A DNA stretch of 64,000 bases from Gemmatimonadota bacterium (GTDB taxonomy: Bacteria > Gemmatimonadota > Gemmatimonadetes > Palauibacterales > Palauibacteraceae). Shown in pieces: positions 1 through 9,694 of the stretch (positions within the stretch are counted from its first letter, which is position 1; each line of letters opens with the position of its first letter). The stretch lies in contig OZ220691.1 in the NCBI GenBank assembly GCA_965116475.1, positions 864,001-928,000 on the forward strand, in the 5' to 3' direction. Both the position numbers and the translations under genes were made by a program. The notes beneath the pieces are model-generated. The model ran no database searches and was not told the origin of the DNA. It was given only the letters and a program-made list of their open reading frames with translations.

Positions 1-1
1 C

Positions 2-1426
2 ACCGACTGGAGCGGGGATACCTTGCGCGCAGCGCTCGGGCGCGCGGCGGAATGGACCGTCGACTACCGGAAGCGCGTCGAGGAACGACCGGTCCTCCCC
101 GCCATCGCCCCCGGCGATGTGCGCCGCGCGCTCGCGAAGGGGCCGCCGCGCGCCCCGGAACCCTTCGAGCGCGTGCTGGCCGACTTCGACGAGCACATCG
201 TTTCCGGTCTCACCCATTGGAATCATCCGGGCTTCCTCGCCTATTTTTCGAGTTCGACGCGGGCGCCGAGCATCGCGGCGGAGCTCCTCGTCGCCGCCGT
301 CGGCGTGAACGCAATGTTGTGGCGAACCTCGCCCGCCGCGACCGAAGTCGAGCGCATCGCGGTGGACTGGCTGCGGCAGGCCACAGGCCTCCCGGAAGCC
401 TACTCCGGGCTGATCTTCGATACGGCGTCGACCTCCACCTTCACGGCCCTTCTCGCGGCGCGCGAGCGGGCGGGCGCCGGAGTGCGCGACGACGGGCTCC
501 CGGGGGGACCTGCCCTCGCGGTGTACACCTCCGAGCAGTCCCACTCCTCGGTGGAGAAATCCGCCATCGCGGCCGGACTCGGCCGGCGCTCGGTCCGGCG
601 CATCGAGACCGACGCCGCGTTCCGGATGCGCCCGGAGGCGCTCGAAGCGGCCCTCGCCGACGACCTCGAGAGGGGGATTCGGCCGGCCATGGTGTGCGCG
701 ACGGTCGGCACGACGTCCACGGCGAGCGTCGACCCCGTCCCCGCCATCGCCGCCATCGCCGAACGGTACGGCGTCTGGCTCCACGTCGACGCCGCCTACG
801 CGGGGCCGGCGGCCATGATCTCCGAACGGCGGCCCCTCTTCCGCGGCTGGGAGGCGGCGGACTCCATCGTCCTCAATCCCCACAAGTGGATGGGGACCTC
901 GCTCGACTGTTCGGTGCTCCTGTACCGGGATGCGGACCCCTTCCGGGCCTCGCTCGCGCTGACGCCGACCTACCTCGAATCGGAGGACGACGAGACGAAC
1001 CTCATGGACATCGGTCTCGCCCTCGGCCGCCGCTTCCGGGGGCTCAAGCTGTGGGTGCTGTTCCGCTGCGTGGGGACGGAGGGCCTCGCCGAGACCATGC
1101 GCCGGCACATCGCGATGGCCGAGAACGCCGCGGCCCGGCTCGTCGAGGGCGGGGTGTTCGAACTCGCGGCGCCGGTCTCCTTCAGCACCGTCTGCTTCCG
1201 TGCCGCGCGAGAAGGCGATCCAGCGGGCGAAGAGCGGTGGAACCGCGACATCGTCGCCCGCGTTAACGCCGGTGGACGCTCGTTTCTCTCGCACACCGAA
1301 CTCGACGGGCGTTATACTGCGAGGTTGTCCGTCGGGAGCGTTCACACGGAGGAGCGCCACGTGGACGACGCGCTCGAGGCGCTCCATCGGGCCGCCGCCG
1401 ACCTTTCACCGGGAGAACCGGGTTGA
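2..1426 (+). CDS. Group II PLP-dependent amino-acid decarboxylase (aromatic L-amino acid decarboxylase family); 5' end may lie outside the window
   Basis: THWNHPGFLAYF, HSSVEK, VGTTST, WLHVDAAYAG, NPHKW (PLP lysine), LGRRFRGLKLW. The frame is open to the left edge; the track starts at TTG 23. Confidence 0.9.
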   Translation, partial: TDWSGDTLRAALGRAAEWTVDYRKRVEERPVLPAIAPGDVRRALAKGPPRAPEPFERVLADFDEHIVSGLTHWNHPGFLAYFSSSTRAPSIAAELLVAAVGVNAMLWRTSPAATEVERIAVDWLRQATGLPEAYSGLIFDTASTSTFTALLAARERAGAGVRDDGLPGGPALAVYTSEQSHSSVEKSAIAAGLGRRSVRRIETDAAFRMRPEALEAALADDLERGIRPAMVCATVGTTSTASVDPVPAIAAIAERYGVWLHVDAAYAGPAAMISERRPLFRGWEAADSIVLNPHKWMGTSLDCSVLLYRDADPFRASLALTPTYLESEDDETNLMDIGLALGRRFRGLKLWVLFRCVGTEGLAETMRRHIAMAENAAARLVEGGVFELAAPVSFSTVCFRAAREGDPAGEERWNRDIVARVNAGGRSFLSHTELDGRYTARLSVGSVHTEERHVDDALEALHRAAADLSPGEPG

Positions 1427-2121
1427 ACGCCAGATTCCGTTTCGGACCCTTCGTAGCCGTCGCCGGCATCGTCTCCGGCATCGTCCTCACGGCCGGCTGC
1501 GCCGCGGAGGCCGGGAGCACGCAGGAGCGCTCCATCGTCCCACCCGATGCCCAGCTGGCGCGCGAGCGGGCGGACCGCAGCCGCATCAAGGGCGAGGAAG
1601 GCGCGCCCGTGAGGGTGGTGGAGATCTCCGACTTCCAGTGCCCCTACTGCCGTCAGTTCCACGAGCAGACGCTGACGAAGATCGACAGCGCCTACATCTC
1701 CAAGGGCAAGGTCAGCTACCTGTGGATCGCCTACGCGAATCCCGGGCATCCGGAGGCCTTCGTGTCCACCGAGGCGGCCTACTGCGCCGGAGCCACGGGC
1801 AAGTTCTGGCCCATGCACGACATCCTGTTCGAGCGCCAGGACGAGTGGAGCGGCGCCGCAGACCCCTATGCGCTCTTCGTCGGATACGCGGAGGAGATCG
1901 ACATCGACCCCGAGTCGTTCGGCTCCTGCGTGCGGAACAGCACGCTCGCCCCGCTCGTGCTCCGCGACTACACCAGCGTCACCCAGGCCGGGATCTCGAG
2001 TACGCCCTATTTCATCCTGGGCGACAGCGTGGCCCTTCGGGGCGCGGCCGACTTCGGCACCTTCTCCTCGGCGATCGACACCCTGCTCGTGCTGAAGGGC
2101 GGCGACACCCCGTCGCAGTGA
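1423..2121 (+). CDS. DsbA-family thioredoxin-fold lipoprotein
   Basis: Lipobox LTAGC, EISDFQCPYC active site, GISSTPYF cis-Pro loop; TTGA overlap with the upstream stop. Confidence 0.88.
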   Translation: MNARFRFGPFVAVAGIVSGIVLTAGCAAEAGSTQERSIVPPDAQLARERADRSRIKGEEGAPVRVVEISDFQCPYCRQFHEQTLTKIDSAYISKGKVSYLWIAYANPGHPEAFVSTEAAYCAGATGKFWPMHDILFERQDEWSGAADPYALFVGYAEEIDIDPESFGSCVRNSTLAPLVLRDYTSVTQAGISSTPYFILGDSVALRGAADFGTFSSAIDTLLVLKGGDTPSQ

Positions 2122-2138
2122 CCGGGTCGCGCCCCGGG

Positions 2139-4457
2139 TCACGGACCGCCGAGGCGGATTCGGGGCCTTTCGAGCGCTTCGGCGATGCCGGTTCCCTCGC
2201 CGATGCGGTAGGCGCGGTCAAGCGCGAGGCCGGTGAGCCGGTCAACGGTGCCTGAACCCGGCCAGCGGATCTCGATGGACTCGATCCGGCTCGCCCGGCC
2301 CAGCCCGATCTCCTGGCGGAGCGGGTTCGAGCCGAAGCTCCCGCCCGTGCCGACCCGGCGATGGATCCGTCTCATCCCGTCCGGACCCTCGACCGTCACC
2401 GCGATGCGGGCGCCGATCCCGGGCCGGTTCGCCCGCTCGCCCACCAGCGTGAGCGCGATCCAACGATGGTCGAACCCCGGGTTCTCGTACAGGGCGTTCG
2501 GCGAGAGGTCGCCCTCCATGGCGCCGCCGAGCTGGATGTGGACGTCGGTGTCTCCGTCGTTGTCGATGTCCACGAAGGAGACGTCATGTCCCTTGTGCAG
2601 ACTCCCGAATCCGCCCGCGCCGGTGATCTCCTCGAAGCGGTCGCCGAGGTTGCGGAACATCCGGTTCGGCATCAGTTGCCGGAGGTCGGGGTCGCCGGTC
2701 CCGACGAGGAAGTCGAGCCAGCCGTCGCCGTCGAGATCGCCGTAGTTCGATCCCATCGCATACATGATCCGGTCGAGGCCCTGCGCGGCCGTGACATCGG
2801 CGAAGGTGCCGTCCCCCAGGTTCCGGTACAGGCGCGGGAGGGCGGCGGAGTGCGGTTCGCCGGTCATCTCGCGCACGAGGTCCGCGGTCTGCGCGGCGTA
2901 GCCCGCGACGTAGATGTCGAGCCAGCCGTCGTTGTCGAAATCCCAGAACCAGGTCGGGAAGCTGGCCGGCGGCTCGCCCACGCCGGCCCGGTCGGTCGCA
3001 TCCTCGAAGGCCCAGCCGCCGTCTTCGGTCGGACCCAGGTTCCGATACAGGCGATTGGAGGCATGGAGGATCGAGAGATAGAGGTCCGGACGGCCGTCGT
3101 TGTCGTAGTCCCCCCACGCGACGCCCTTCACGAAATCCGTCACGCGGAGGCCGACGGTCGCACCGACCTCCTCGAACGTGCCATCGCCCCGATTCCGGTA
3201 GAGTTCGCTGCGGTGGGCCAGACTGTCTCTCGATTCGTTCCCGATGAAGAGGTCGAGCCAGCCGTCGCCGTCGAAGTCCGCCCACGCGCCGGTCTGCGTC
3301 GGGTGCTCGGAATAGAGGCCGGCCTCGCGCGTCACGTCGGAGAAGACGCCGCCGTCGTTGCGCAGGAGCGAGTTGGGGAGCGGCTGGACGAGCCACCCGC
3401 CGCGGAGCACGAAGACATCCGCGTCGCCGTCGTTGTCGTAGTCCGCGTGGACGAGGTTGAGGCCGCCCAGGAGGCCCTGGAGCCCCGCCTCGGCCGTGCG
3501 GTCGACGAAGCGGCCCGCGCCGTCGCTCTCGAAGTAGCGGAGTTGGTGGAGCAGTCCGCGGGAAGACGTCATCACGTCCGGCAGGCCGTCGCCGTTGAGG
3601 TCGTCGACGATGGCGCCGCCGGAGAGGGAGACGGCATCCAGGCCGGCCCGCGCGGCCACGTCCTCGAACCGGGGGAAATCCCCTGCCCCGCCCACGGCCG
3701 CCGCCTCGATCCGGTACTCGGGCGGCACGCTGTCGGGCCACGTGCCGGCGGTCATGGCAGCGAGGTTCAGGACCCAGCGCGCCCGCAGGTCGTCGGGGCG
3801 CAACTGCAGGAGCGAGCGGTGCCAGCCGATCGCCGCGTTGAGGGCCGCGCGCGCCGAATCCGAGACCGGGCCGGGGGCGGTCGACGGGATCGCGGGCCAG
3901 CAGGGGGAGCGCGCGAGGGCCGGCTCGACGGTGCCCGCGGCGGGCCCCGCGGTGGGGCATGCGACCTCGGCGCCGAGGCGCAGGAAGGCGATCCCGATGA
4001 GTTCCTCGATGGAGCGGCGGAAGCCGGGGAAGGGCTCGGCCGGAGTGCCCTCCAGCGTCTGGTCGACGAAGATGAGCTGTTCGAGCGCGGGCTGGGTGTG
4101 CCCCGCGTTGAGGAGTTCGCGCGCGGCGTTCGCGACGCGGACGAGCATCTCCGCGCCGTCGGGCGACGGCGGCAGGTTCGTGAGGTAGCGGAGGCGCGCC
4201 GTGTTGAGTTGCTCATCGAGCAGGGGGTCGGCCGAATCGGCCAGGGCGAGCAGGCGGGCTGCCATCTCGCGCGTCCCGTCCGAGGGACCGGGACGGGCAC
4301 CGGGGGGACCGTCGGCCGGCTCTCCGCAGCCGATGGGCAGCACCACGGCGACCAGCGCCACAGGGAGCAGCGCCGCCGCCGTCCGCCGTCGATCCGGCGA
4401 ACTGCGGACCCGTGCAACGGCGCCCCGCGCGCCGGCAGCGGCGTTGGCGGCATTCAT
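2139..4457 (-). CDS. CRTAC1-like FG-GAP repeat / ASPIC-UnbV lipoprotein
   Basis: Repeated DxDxDGxxD motifs, C-terminal GTGGSFGSN...IGLG...IRWPGS, lipobox LPIGC. Start set at ATG 4457 (ATGA overlap with the upstream stop). Confidence 0.85.
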   Translation of the reverse strand: MNAANAAAGARGAVARVRSSPDRRRTAAALLPVALVAVVLPIGCGEPADGPPGARPGPSDGTREMAARLLALADSADPLLDEQLNTARLRYLTNLPPSPDGAEMLVRVANAARELLNAGHTQPALEQLIFVDQTLEGTPAEPFPGFRRSIEELIGIAFLRLGAEVACPTAGPAAGTVEPALARSPCWPAIPSTAPGPVSDSARAALNAAIGWHRSLLQLRPDDLRARWVLNLAAMTAGTWPDSVPPEYRIEAAAVGGAGDFPRFEDVAARAGLDAVSLSGGAIVDDLNGDGLPDVMTSSRGLLHQLRYFESDGAGRFVDRTAEAGLQGLLGGLNLVHADYDNDGDADVFVLRGGWLVQPLPNSLLRNDGGVFSDVTREAGLYSEHPTQTGAWADFDGDGWLDLFIGNESRDSLAHRSELYRNRGDGTFEEVGATVGLRVTDFVKGVAWGDYDNDGRPDLYLSILHASNRLYRNLGPTEDGGWAFEDATDRAGVGEPPASFPTWFWDFDNDGWLDIYVAGYAAQTADLVREMTGEPHSAALPRLYRNLGDGTFADVTAAQGLDRIMYAMGSNYGDLDGDGWLDFLVGTGDPDLRQLMPNRMFRNLGDRFEEITGAGGFGSLHKGHDVSFVDIDNDGDTDVHIQLGGAMEGDLSPNALYENPGFDHRWIALTLVGERANRPGIGARIAVTVEGPDGMRRIHRRVGTGGSFGSNPLRQEIGLGRASRIESIEIRWPGSGTVDRLTGLALDRAYRIGEGTGIAEALERPRIRLGGP

Positions 4458-7400
4458 GAGCCTTCGCCTCTTCTCAGCGTAACCTCCGGTGCTCCGGACC
4501 CCGGCGTACCAGCCTCTACCACTCCGCCCTCCACCACCCCGGCCTCCACCGGGAACGTTTCCTCGATGCCGTCCGGCCAGCGGACCGTGAGGGCGCGGAT
4601 GTCCGCCGCGCGCCCCAGCACCTGCACGAACCCGTGGAAAGACCAATACCCGCTCCCCAACTGGATCTCCCGCGCGGGACCGCTGCTTCCATCGGCGTAT
4701 CGGGGGCGCAGCCTGGCGCCGGCGATGCCGGGAGACGCCCCGTCCGCGGACGCACCGCCTGCGGACGCGCCGCCCGGAAACGCCCCACCCATGGACAGCC
4801 GAACGCGCAGCCCGGGGGCTCCGCCCTGCCCCCGGAAGATGAGGGTCTCGGCGCCGTTCTGCCCGACGGCCAGGTCCCAGCGCCCATCGGCATCGAAGTC
4901 GGCCACGGCGGCCGCGCGGGCGTCCCCGTACACCTCGATTCCGCTCCGCGCCGCGTCGAGGACCGTGAACCCGCCCGCTCCGTCGCCGAGCAGCACGGCC
5001 CCGCGACCCGCGTCATGGCGTCCGAGACCGCGCGGCGTCGCGAAGTAGTTCTGCGCCAGAAAGAGATCCTCGCGACCGTCGCGGTCGAAGTCCGCCACGG
5101 CGACGCCGAAGGCGGGGGCGAGTTGGGCGGCCGCCGGCAGCGGGCGCGGCTCGAATCGACCGCCGACGTTGAGAAAGACGGTGTGGAGCAGCGTGACGGC
5201 GCTCGTCCGGTAGAGTCCCGTGCGCCCCGTTCCGAGGAGGTCGTCGACGGAACTCCGGGCGAAGGCTTCGAACGTGGGGGCCTCGCGCCGCAGGAAGGGG
5301 AGCGTCGTCCCGAGTGCGAGCAAGTCGCGCACGGGCCGGCGGACGCCGTCGGCCCCGGTCTCGAACTCGATGAGGTCGACGAGCCCGTTCCCGTCGAAAT
5401 CTGACGCGACCACGCCGACCGGCCGCTCGGGGCTCGCGAAGCGCCCGGTGTTCGCTCCCCATGCCGTCACCGCCAGGTCCGGACGGCCATCGCCGTTGAA
5501 GTCCCCGGTCGCGATGCCGTTCCAGCGGCCGGTGTCCGCGCCCAGACCCCAGGCGTCCGTCGCGTCGCGGAAACGCCCTCCGTCGTTCTCCAGCAGCCGC
5601 ACGGCCCCCCACTCCAGGGCGAGGAGAAGGTCGGGATCGCCGTCATCGTCGACATCGGAGAACACGGCGCCGGAGACAAGGCCGACCTGCCGCAGGGTCT
5701 CGGAGGCGTCCGCGTCGACAACCCAGTCGCCGCCCTCGGCCAGAAGCAGTCTCGAGTCGGCGGGCAGGGGGTAGGCGCCGGGGGTCGCGCGGGCGCCGGC
5801 GAAGAGGTCGAGGTCGCCGTCTCCGTCGACATCGGCGGCCGCCAGAGGCCCCGTCGCGTGGCGGCTTGGCGGGACGGCCGGCGCGGGGCCCGCATCGAGG
5901 CGGGCGAGGGGCGGAATCGCGTCGAGGTCGGCGGGCGAGAGGGCTTCCCAGGAGCTGACGCCCGCGATGATGACCGGGCGACCGGCCGTGGGGAGCGCGA
6001 TGATGGATGTGTGGTCGCCGACGGCGGGGGCGCCGATGGGCACGGGGTCCATCAGCCGCCCGGCTTCGTTGACGGCGAGCTGGGCGCGCCCCCCCGCCCC
6101 CGCCCCGACGAGCAGATCGGGATCGCCGTCCGCATCGGCATCGATCCACGCCGCGCCCGGGCCGCCCCGGGACAGCTCGAGTGGCACGAGCGGCTGCCGG
6201 GCCAGCTCGTCGAAGGCCGATTCGCCATGCCGCCCGACCGCCTCCGAGCCCGCAAAAAGCGCCGCGCCGCTCCCCGGGCCGATGTCGGGGCCCGGGCCGC
6301 CATCCGCGGGCGGCCTCACCTCGTAGGCGTGGTTCGCGAGCACCCGGACCGTCCGGCTCCGTCCCGACGGCCAGGTGATCGTCGCTTCCGCCGCCTCGCC
6401 ATCGCCGATCGCGAAGGTGAGCCCGGGATCCGAACCGGAGAGGTACATGCCGCCCGACGTCACCTGCCGCGTCTGGTCCGGCCTGACCGATCCCGCCGCG
6501 GCCGTACCCGCGAGCACGACGCGCGCCCCGATCGCCTGCGTGTTGCGGCCCTCCCCGAGTACGCGCAGGGCGACCCGCGCCCGGCCGGCGTCGTTGCGCA
6601 GCATGAGAGGCGGTTCGTCCAATCGCGTGATCACCACGTCGCGGTCGCCGTCGCGGTCGAAGTCCGCCGCCGCGATGCCGTGGCTCACGTCGGGCTCCGT
6701 GCCGTATCCCCACTCCCGGGTCATGGGGACGAAGGCGCCGTCGCCGAGATTGCGGAAGGCGAGGTTCCGCAGCCGGAGTGGCGGGAACACTCCGAGTTCC
6801 TCGCGCCAGTCGACCTGGATGCGGCGGGTCCGCAGCGCCTCCTGCGTGTCCCCGTCGAGCGGGTCCCATCCGTGTCCGTTCGTGATCAGCAGGTCCTCGT
6901 AACCGTCGAGGTCGACGTCGAGGAACATCGCCCCCCAGGTCCATTCCGAGGCGTCGAGCCCGGCGGCCCGCGCCGTCTCGGCCCACGTCCCGTCGCCGCG
7001 GTTGAGCTGCAGGGTGTTCCGGTCGGCCGACACCCGCGCCGCGTGGCCGCCGGGGGGCGTCCATGCGGCCGCGCCGAGGGCGACCTGCTCCCGTCTCCTC
7101 ACGGAATCCAGCGAAAGCATTTCGGTGGTCACGAAGTCCGTGTCGCCGTCGCCATCGATGTCGGAGAAGTCGACCCCCATCGAGGAGGTGCTCTCGGTGC
7201 GGAAGGAGAGCCCCGACGCGGCCGTGAAGATGCCCCCATCGTTCAGCCAGAACCCGTCCCGGCTGCCCAGGTCGTTGGCGACGAAGAGGTCGGAATCCCC
7301 GTCGTCGTCCGCGTCGAAGAAGCGCGCGACGAGTCCCCACTCTCTCGGCACGTCCGTGACCGGCTCGCCGTCCGCATCCCGGAACGTGCCGCCTCCGGGG

Positions 7401-8236
7401 TCGACGGGCTCGAAGCGGCCCGACCCATCGTTGAGGTAGAATTCGTCCGGATCCGCGAGTTCGAAGCGCAGCACGCCTTCGCCCTCGCGCACGAGCCGGT
7501 AGTGCTCGTCGAACGGGGGGTGGATCACGAACCCATCGCCGACGGGTTCGGCGATCTCGCGCGGCCTTCGTTCCGCGGGGCTGAAGAGGTCGTCCCCCTG
7601 GACCGTCTTGTAGTTGGCGAAGTACGCGTCGAGGTCTTCATCCCCGTCGATGTCGGCGAGGGCGAGCGTGCTGCTCCCCCATTCCCCCTCGAACCCCGGC
7701 GCCGCTTCCTCGAAGACGCCGCTCCCGTCGTTCAGGAGGAGGGCGTTCGTCCCTCCGTGCACGGCTACGAAGAGGTCCAGGTCGCCGTCGCCGTCCGCAT
7801 CGGCGAGGACGGCGCCCCGCGACAGCCGGTCGCCGAGCCCGGCCCCGGAACGCTCCGTCACGTCCTCGAAGCGCCAGCCCCCCAGATTGCGGTAGAGGAC
7901 GTTGGGCCGGTCCAGCATGCAGAGGTAGAGGTCGACCCAGCCGTCACCGTCCACATCTCCGAGCGCCACGCCGACGCCGTGGATGAGCGTACGATTCGCC
8001 AGCCGGGCCGCGCGCGACACGGTGGGGACCGCCTCGATGCCCGTTCTCCGCGGCGCCAGCGAGGTGAAGCCGCCTCCGGACTCACCCTCGAACGACAGGA
8101 GGCGCGCGCGCGTTCCGTCCTCCTCGACCCAGTCGATCGAGATGGACGGGACAGAGGCATCGCAGGCGGCGAAGAGGCCGGCGGCGCAGGCTGCGGCGGA
8201 AAAAACGCGGAAGCGGGTTTTGCCGCGGGCGGCTAT
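4454..8236 (-). CDS. Large FG-GAP repeat lipoprotein with two ASPIC-UnbV-like modules
   Basis: Lipobox LFAAC, many DxDGDGxxD repeats, internal SGGMYLSGS...ITWPSG and C-terminal LGSGYWS...VRWPDG. Start is uncertain (ATA 8236 or GTG 8410). Confidence 0.82.
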   Translation of the reverse strand: MAARGKTRFRVFSAAACAAGLFAACDASVPSISIDWVEEDGTRARLLSFEGESGGGFTSLAPRRTGIEAVPTVSRAARLANRTLIHGVGVALGDVDGDGWVDLYLCMLDRPNVLYRNLGGWRFEDVTERSGAGLGDRLSRGAVLADADGDGDLDLFVAVHGGTNALLLNDGSGVFEEAAPGFEGEWGSSTLALADIDGDEDLDAYFANYKTVQGDDLFSPAERRPREIAEPVGDGFVIHPPFDEHYRLVREGEGVLRFELADPDEFYLNDGSGRFEPVDPGGGTFRDADGEPVTDVPREWGLVARFFDADDDGDSDLFVANDLGSRDGFWLNDGGIFTAASGLSFRTESTSSMGVDFSDIDGDGDTDFVTTEMLSLDSVRRREQVALGAAAWTPPGGHAARVSADRNTLQLNRGDGTWAETARAAGLDASEWTWGAMFLDVDLDGYEDLLITNGHGWDPLDGDTQEALRTRRIQVDWREELGVFPPLRLRNLAFRNLGDGAFVPMTREWGYGTEPDVSHGIAAADFDRDGDRDVVITRLDEPPLMLRNDAGRARVALRVLGEGRNTQAIGARVVLAGTAAAGSVRPDQTRQVTSGGMYLSGSDPGLTFAIGDGEAAEATITWPSGRSRTVRVLANHAYEVRPPADGGPGPDIGPGSGAALFAGSEAVGRHGESAFDELARQPLVPLELSRGGPGAAWIDADADGDPDLLVGAGAGGRAQLAVNEAGRLMDPVPIGAPAVGDHTSIIALPTAGRPVIIAGVSSWEALSPADLDAIPPLARLDAGPAPAVPPSRHATGPLAAADVDGDGDLDLFAGARATPGAYPLPADSRLLLAEGGDWVVDADASETLRQVGLVSGAVFSDVDDDGDPDLLLALEWGAVRLLENDGGRFRDATDAWGLGADTGRWNGIATGDFNGDGRPDLAVTAWGANTGRFASPERPVGVVASDFDGNGLVDLIEFETGADGVRRPVRDLLALGTTLPFLRREAPTFEAFARSSVDDLLGTGRTGLYRTSAVTLLHTVFLNVGGRFEPRPLPAAAQLAPAFGVAVADFDRDGREDLFLAQNYFATPRGLGRHDAGRGAVLLGDGAGGFTVLDAARSGIEVYGDARAAAVADFDADGRWDLAVGQNGAETLIFRGQGGAPGLRVRLSMGGAFPGGASAGGASADGASPGIAGARLRPRYADGSSGPAREIQLGSGYWSFHGFVQVLGRAADIRALTVRWPDGIEETFPVEAGVVEGGVVEAGTPGSGAPEVTLRRGEGS

Positions 8237-8916
8237 TCGCCGTCTCCGCGGAAGACGGACCGCATCCCCTCCACCGCGTCTCGGGCCCCTTCCGCCGCGC
8301 GCGCGAAGACCGCGGCGAGTTCCCGTTTCCCGGTGCCGACGAGCGGGATGTCGAAGGTGAAGTGGACGGCCACGCCGGCGGGGCGAACGTTCTCCTTCGG
8401 ATCGGTCCACCCGCCGTCAGGGTCGAGGGCGCCCTCGATGTGCACCTCGACGGTGTCCGAGACCGCCCCCACCTCCTGCGCCACCTTGGAGAGCCGGGTG
8501 GCGAGCGCGTCGTTCCGTGAGGGGTTCGACTCCCGCTCGTCGAGCCAGAGGGCGGGGGGGGCGACATCGATGTGGACGTAACCCAGCATGACCTCGCCAT
8601 CGAGTTGGAGCGCGTCGTGGCCCGGCACGTCCGACTCGGGCGAAGCCAGGTAGGTACCGAGCCCCTCGGTGCCGATGTTGGCGAGGCCGAGCGACATCTC
8701 ATCAATGACGAGTTCGACCATGGCGGAGGGCGCGTGGAGCGTGTCCAGGGCGCCGGACTCCAGGATGTCGAGTTCCGACTGGTCGTAGGCGACGGCGCGG
8801 AAGAACCAGGAGAGCGGTTCCTGACGGCCCTCGAAGAGGTCCCGCGCCCCCAGTCCCCGGTCGCGGAGGGCGCTGAGGAGTAGTGCGCTCAACTGGTGTC
8901 GCGTGATTTCGGCCAC
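8233..8916 (-). CDS. Hypothetical acidic protein
   Basis: 227 aa with genome-typical codon use and globular composition; no motif recognised. Confidence 0.7.
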   Translation of the reverse strand: MAEITRHQLSALLLSALRDRGLGARDLFEGRQEPLSWFFRAVAYDQSELDILESGALDTLHAPSAMVELVIDEMSLGLANIGTEGLGTYLASPESDVPGHDALQLDGEVMLGYVHIDVAPPALWLDERESNPSRNDALATRLSKVAQEVGAVSDTVEVHIEGALDPDGGWTDPKENVRPAGVAVHFTFDIPLVGTGKRELAAVFARAAEGARDAVEGMRSVFRGDGE

Positions 8917-8950
8917 GGTTCGTCCGACGCTTCCGGGTTCGCCTGATCGC

Positions 8951-9526
8951 CTAGGGGGTGATCATGACGTGGGCGTTCGCCGTGCCCGCCGCCATCAGCC
9001 AGGCGCCCCTCGTCGCCCGCGTGGGGAGGCCGAGGTCTTCGGCCGTCGCGAAGGGCGTGTAGATCACCGTCTGGTGCCGCTGCACCGCGTCCATGTCTCC
9101 GGACCAGCCCTCGGCCGCGTAGATCGCGTGCAGGAAGGCGTAACCCGGCATCTCCAGCGTGCCCGCCTCGATCTCGGCCATCCGCTGCTCGACGTTGGGG
9201 CGGCCGGTGGTCCCCTGCGCAGTGAGTTCGCGGCCGCGCGCCATGTAGGGCTCCAGCGACTCGTGGTAGCAGGCGGTGTGAAATCCGTCGGCGCCCGGGT
9301 CATCCGCGATGCAGATGAACGGTCCGGCGCCCTCGCGCAGCGTCACCCACTCGTCCCCCTGCTTCTGGATGACCTTCGCGGTCGCCTGCTCCGTCTCGGT
9401 GGGGATGGGCGCAACGGCGAGCGCGGTCGCGTCCTGCGCGGCCAGATTCGCGGGAACGACCGACAGCGCGGCAACCGACAGCGCGACGAGGGCCACGGCG
9501 AGGGCGGTGAACGAGCGACGAAACAT
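8951..9526 (-). CDS. Hypothetical secreted protein
   Basis: AGGAGG before ATG 9526, signal peptide ending LAA-Q, cysteine pair (FICIAD, TACYH), GAWLMAAGTANAHVM C-terminus. Confidence 0.75.
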   Translation of the reverse strand: MFRRSFTALAVALVALSVAALSVVPANLAAQDATALAVAPIPTETEQATAKVIQKQGDEWVTLREGAGPFICIADDPGADGFHTACYHESLEPYMARGRELTAQGTTGRPNVEQRMAEIEAGTLEMPGYAFLHAIYAAEGWSGDMDAVQRHQTVIYTPFATAEDLGLPTRATRGAWLMAAGTANAHVMITP

Positions 9527-9694
9527 GCGGTCCTCCTGGGGCTGGGACTTTCGGAGAATAGGCACTCGGCAGCGCCGCCGCGCAATCGAGAGCCCGCGCT
9601 GCGTTGCGCGCGGCCGTCACGCGGTCAAGATTCGCGGCGCCGCCGCACACGCGGCCGGACCGTGGACCAACACCGTGGATAATGGGAGTCGCCC

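Noticed and set aside
2361-8581. Very long plus-strand ORFs (895 aa, 907 aa) antisense to the FG-GAP genes
   Set aside because: Mirror-frame ORFs are expected in high-GC3 DNA; they show no motifs and are fully overlapped by well-supported genes.
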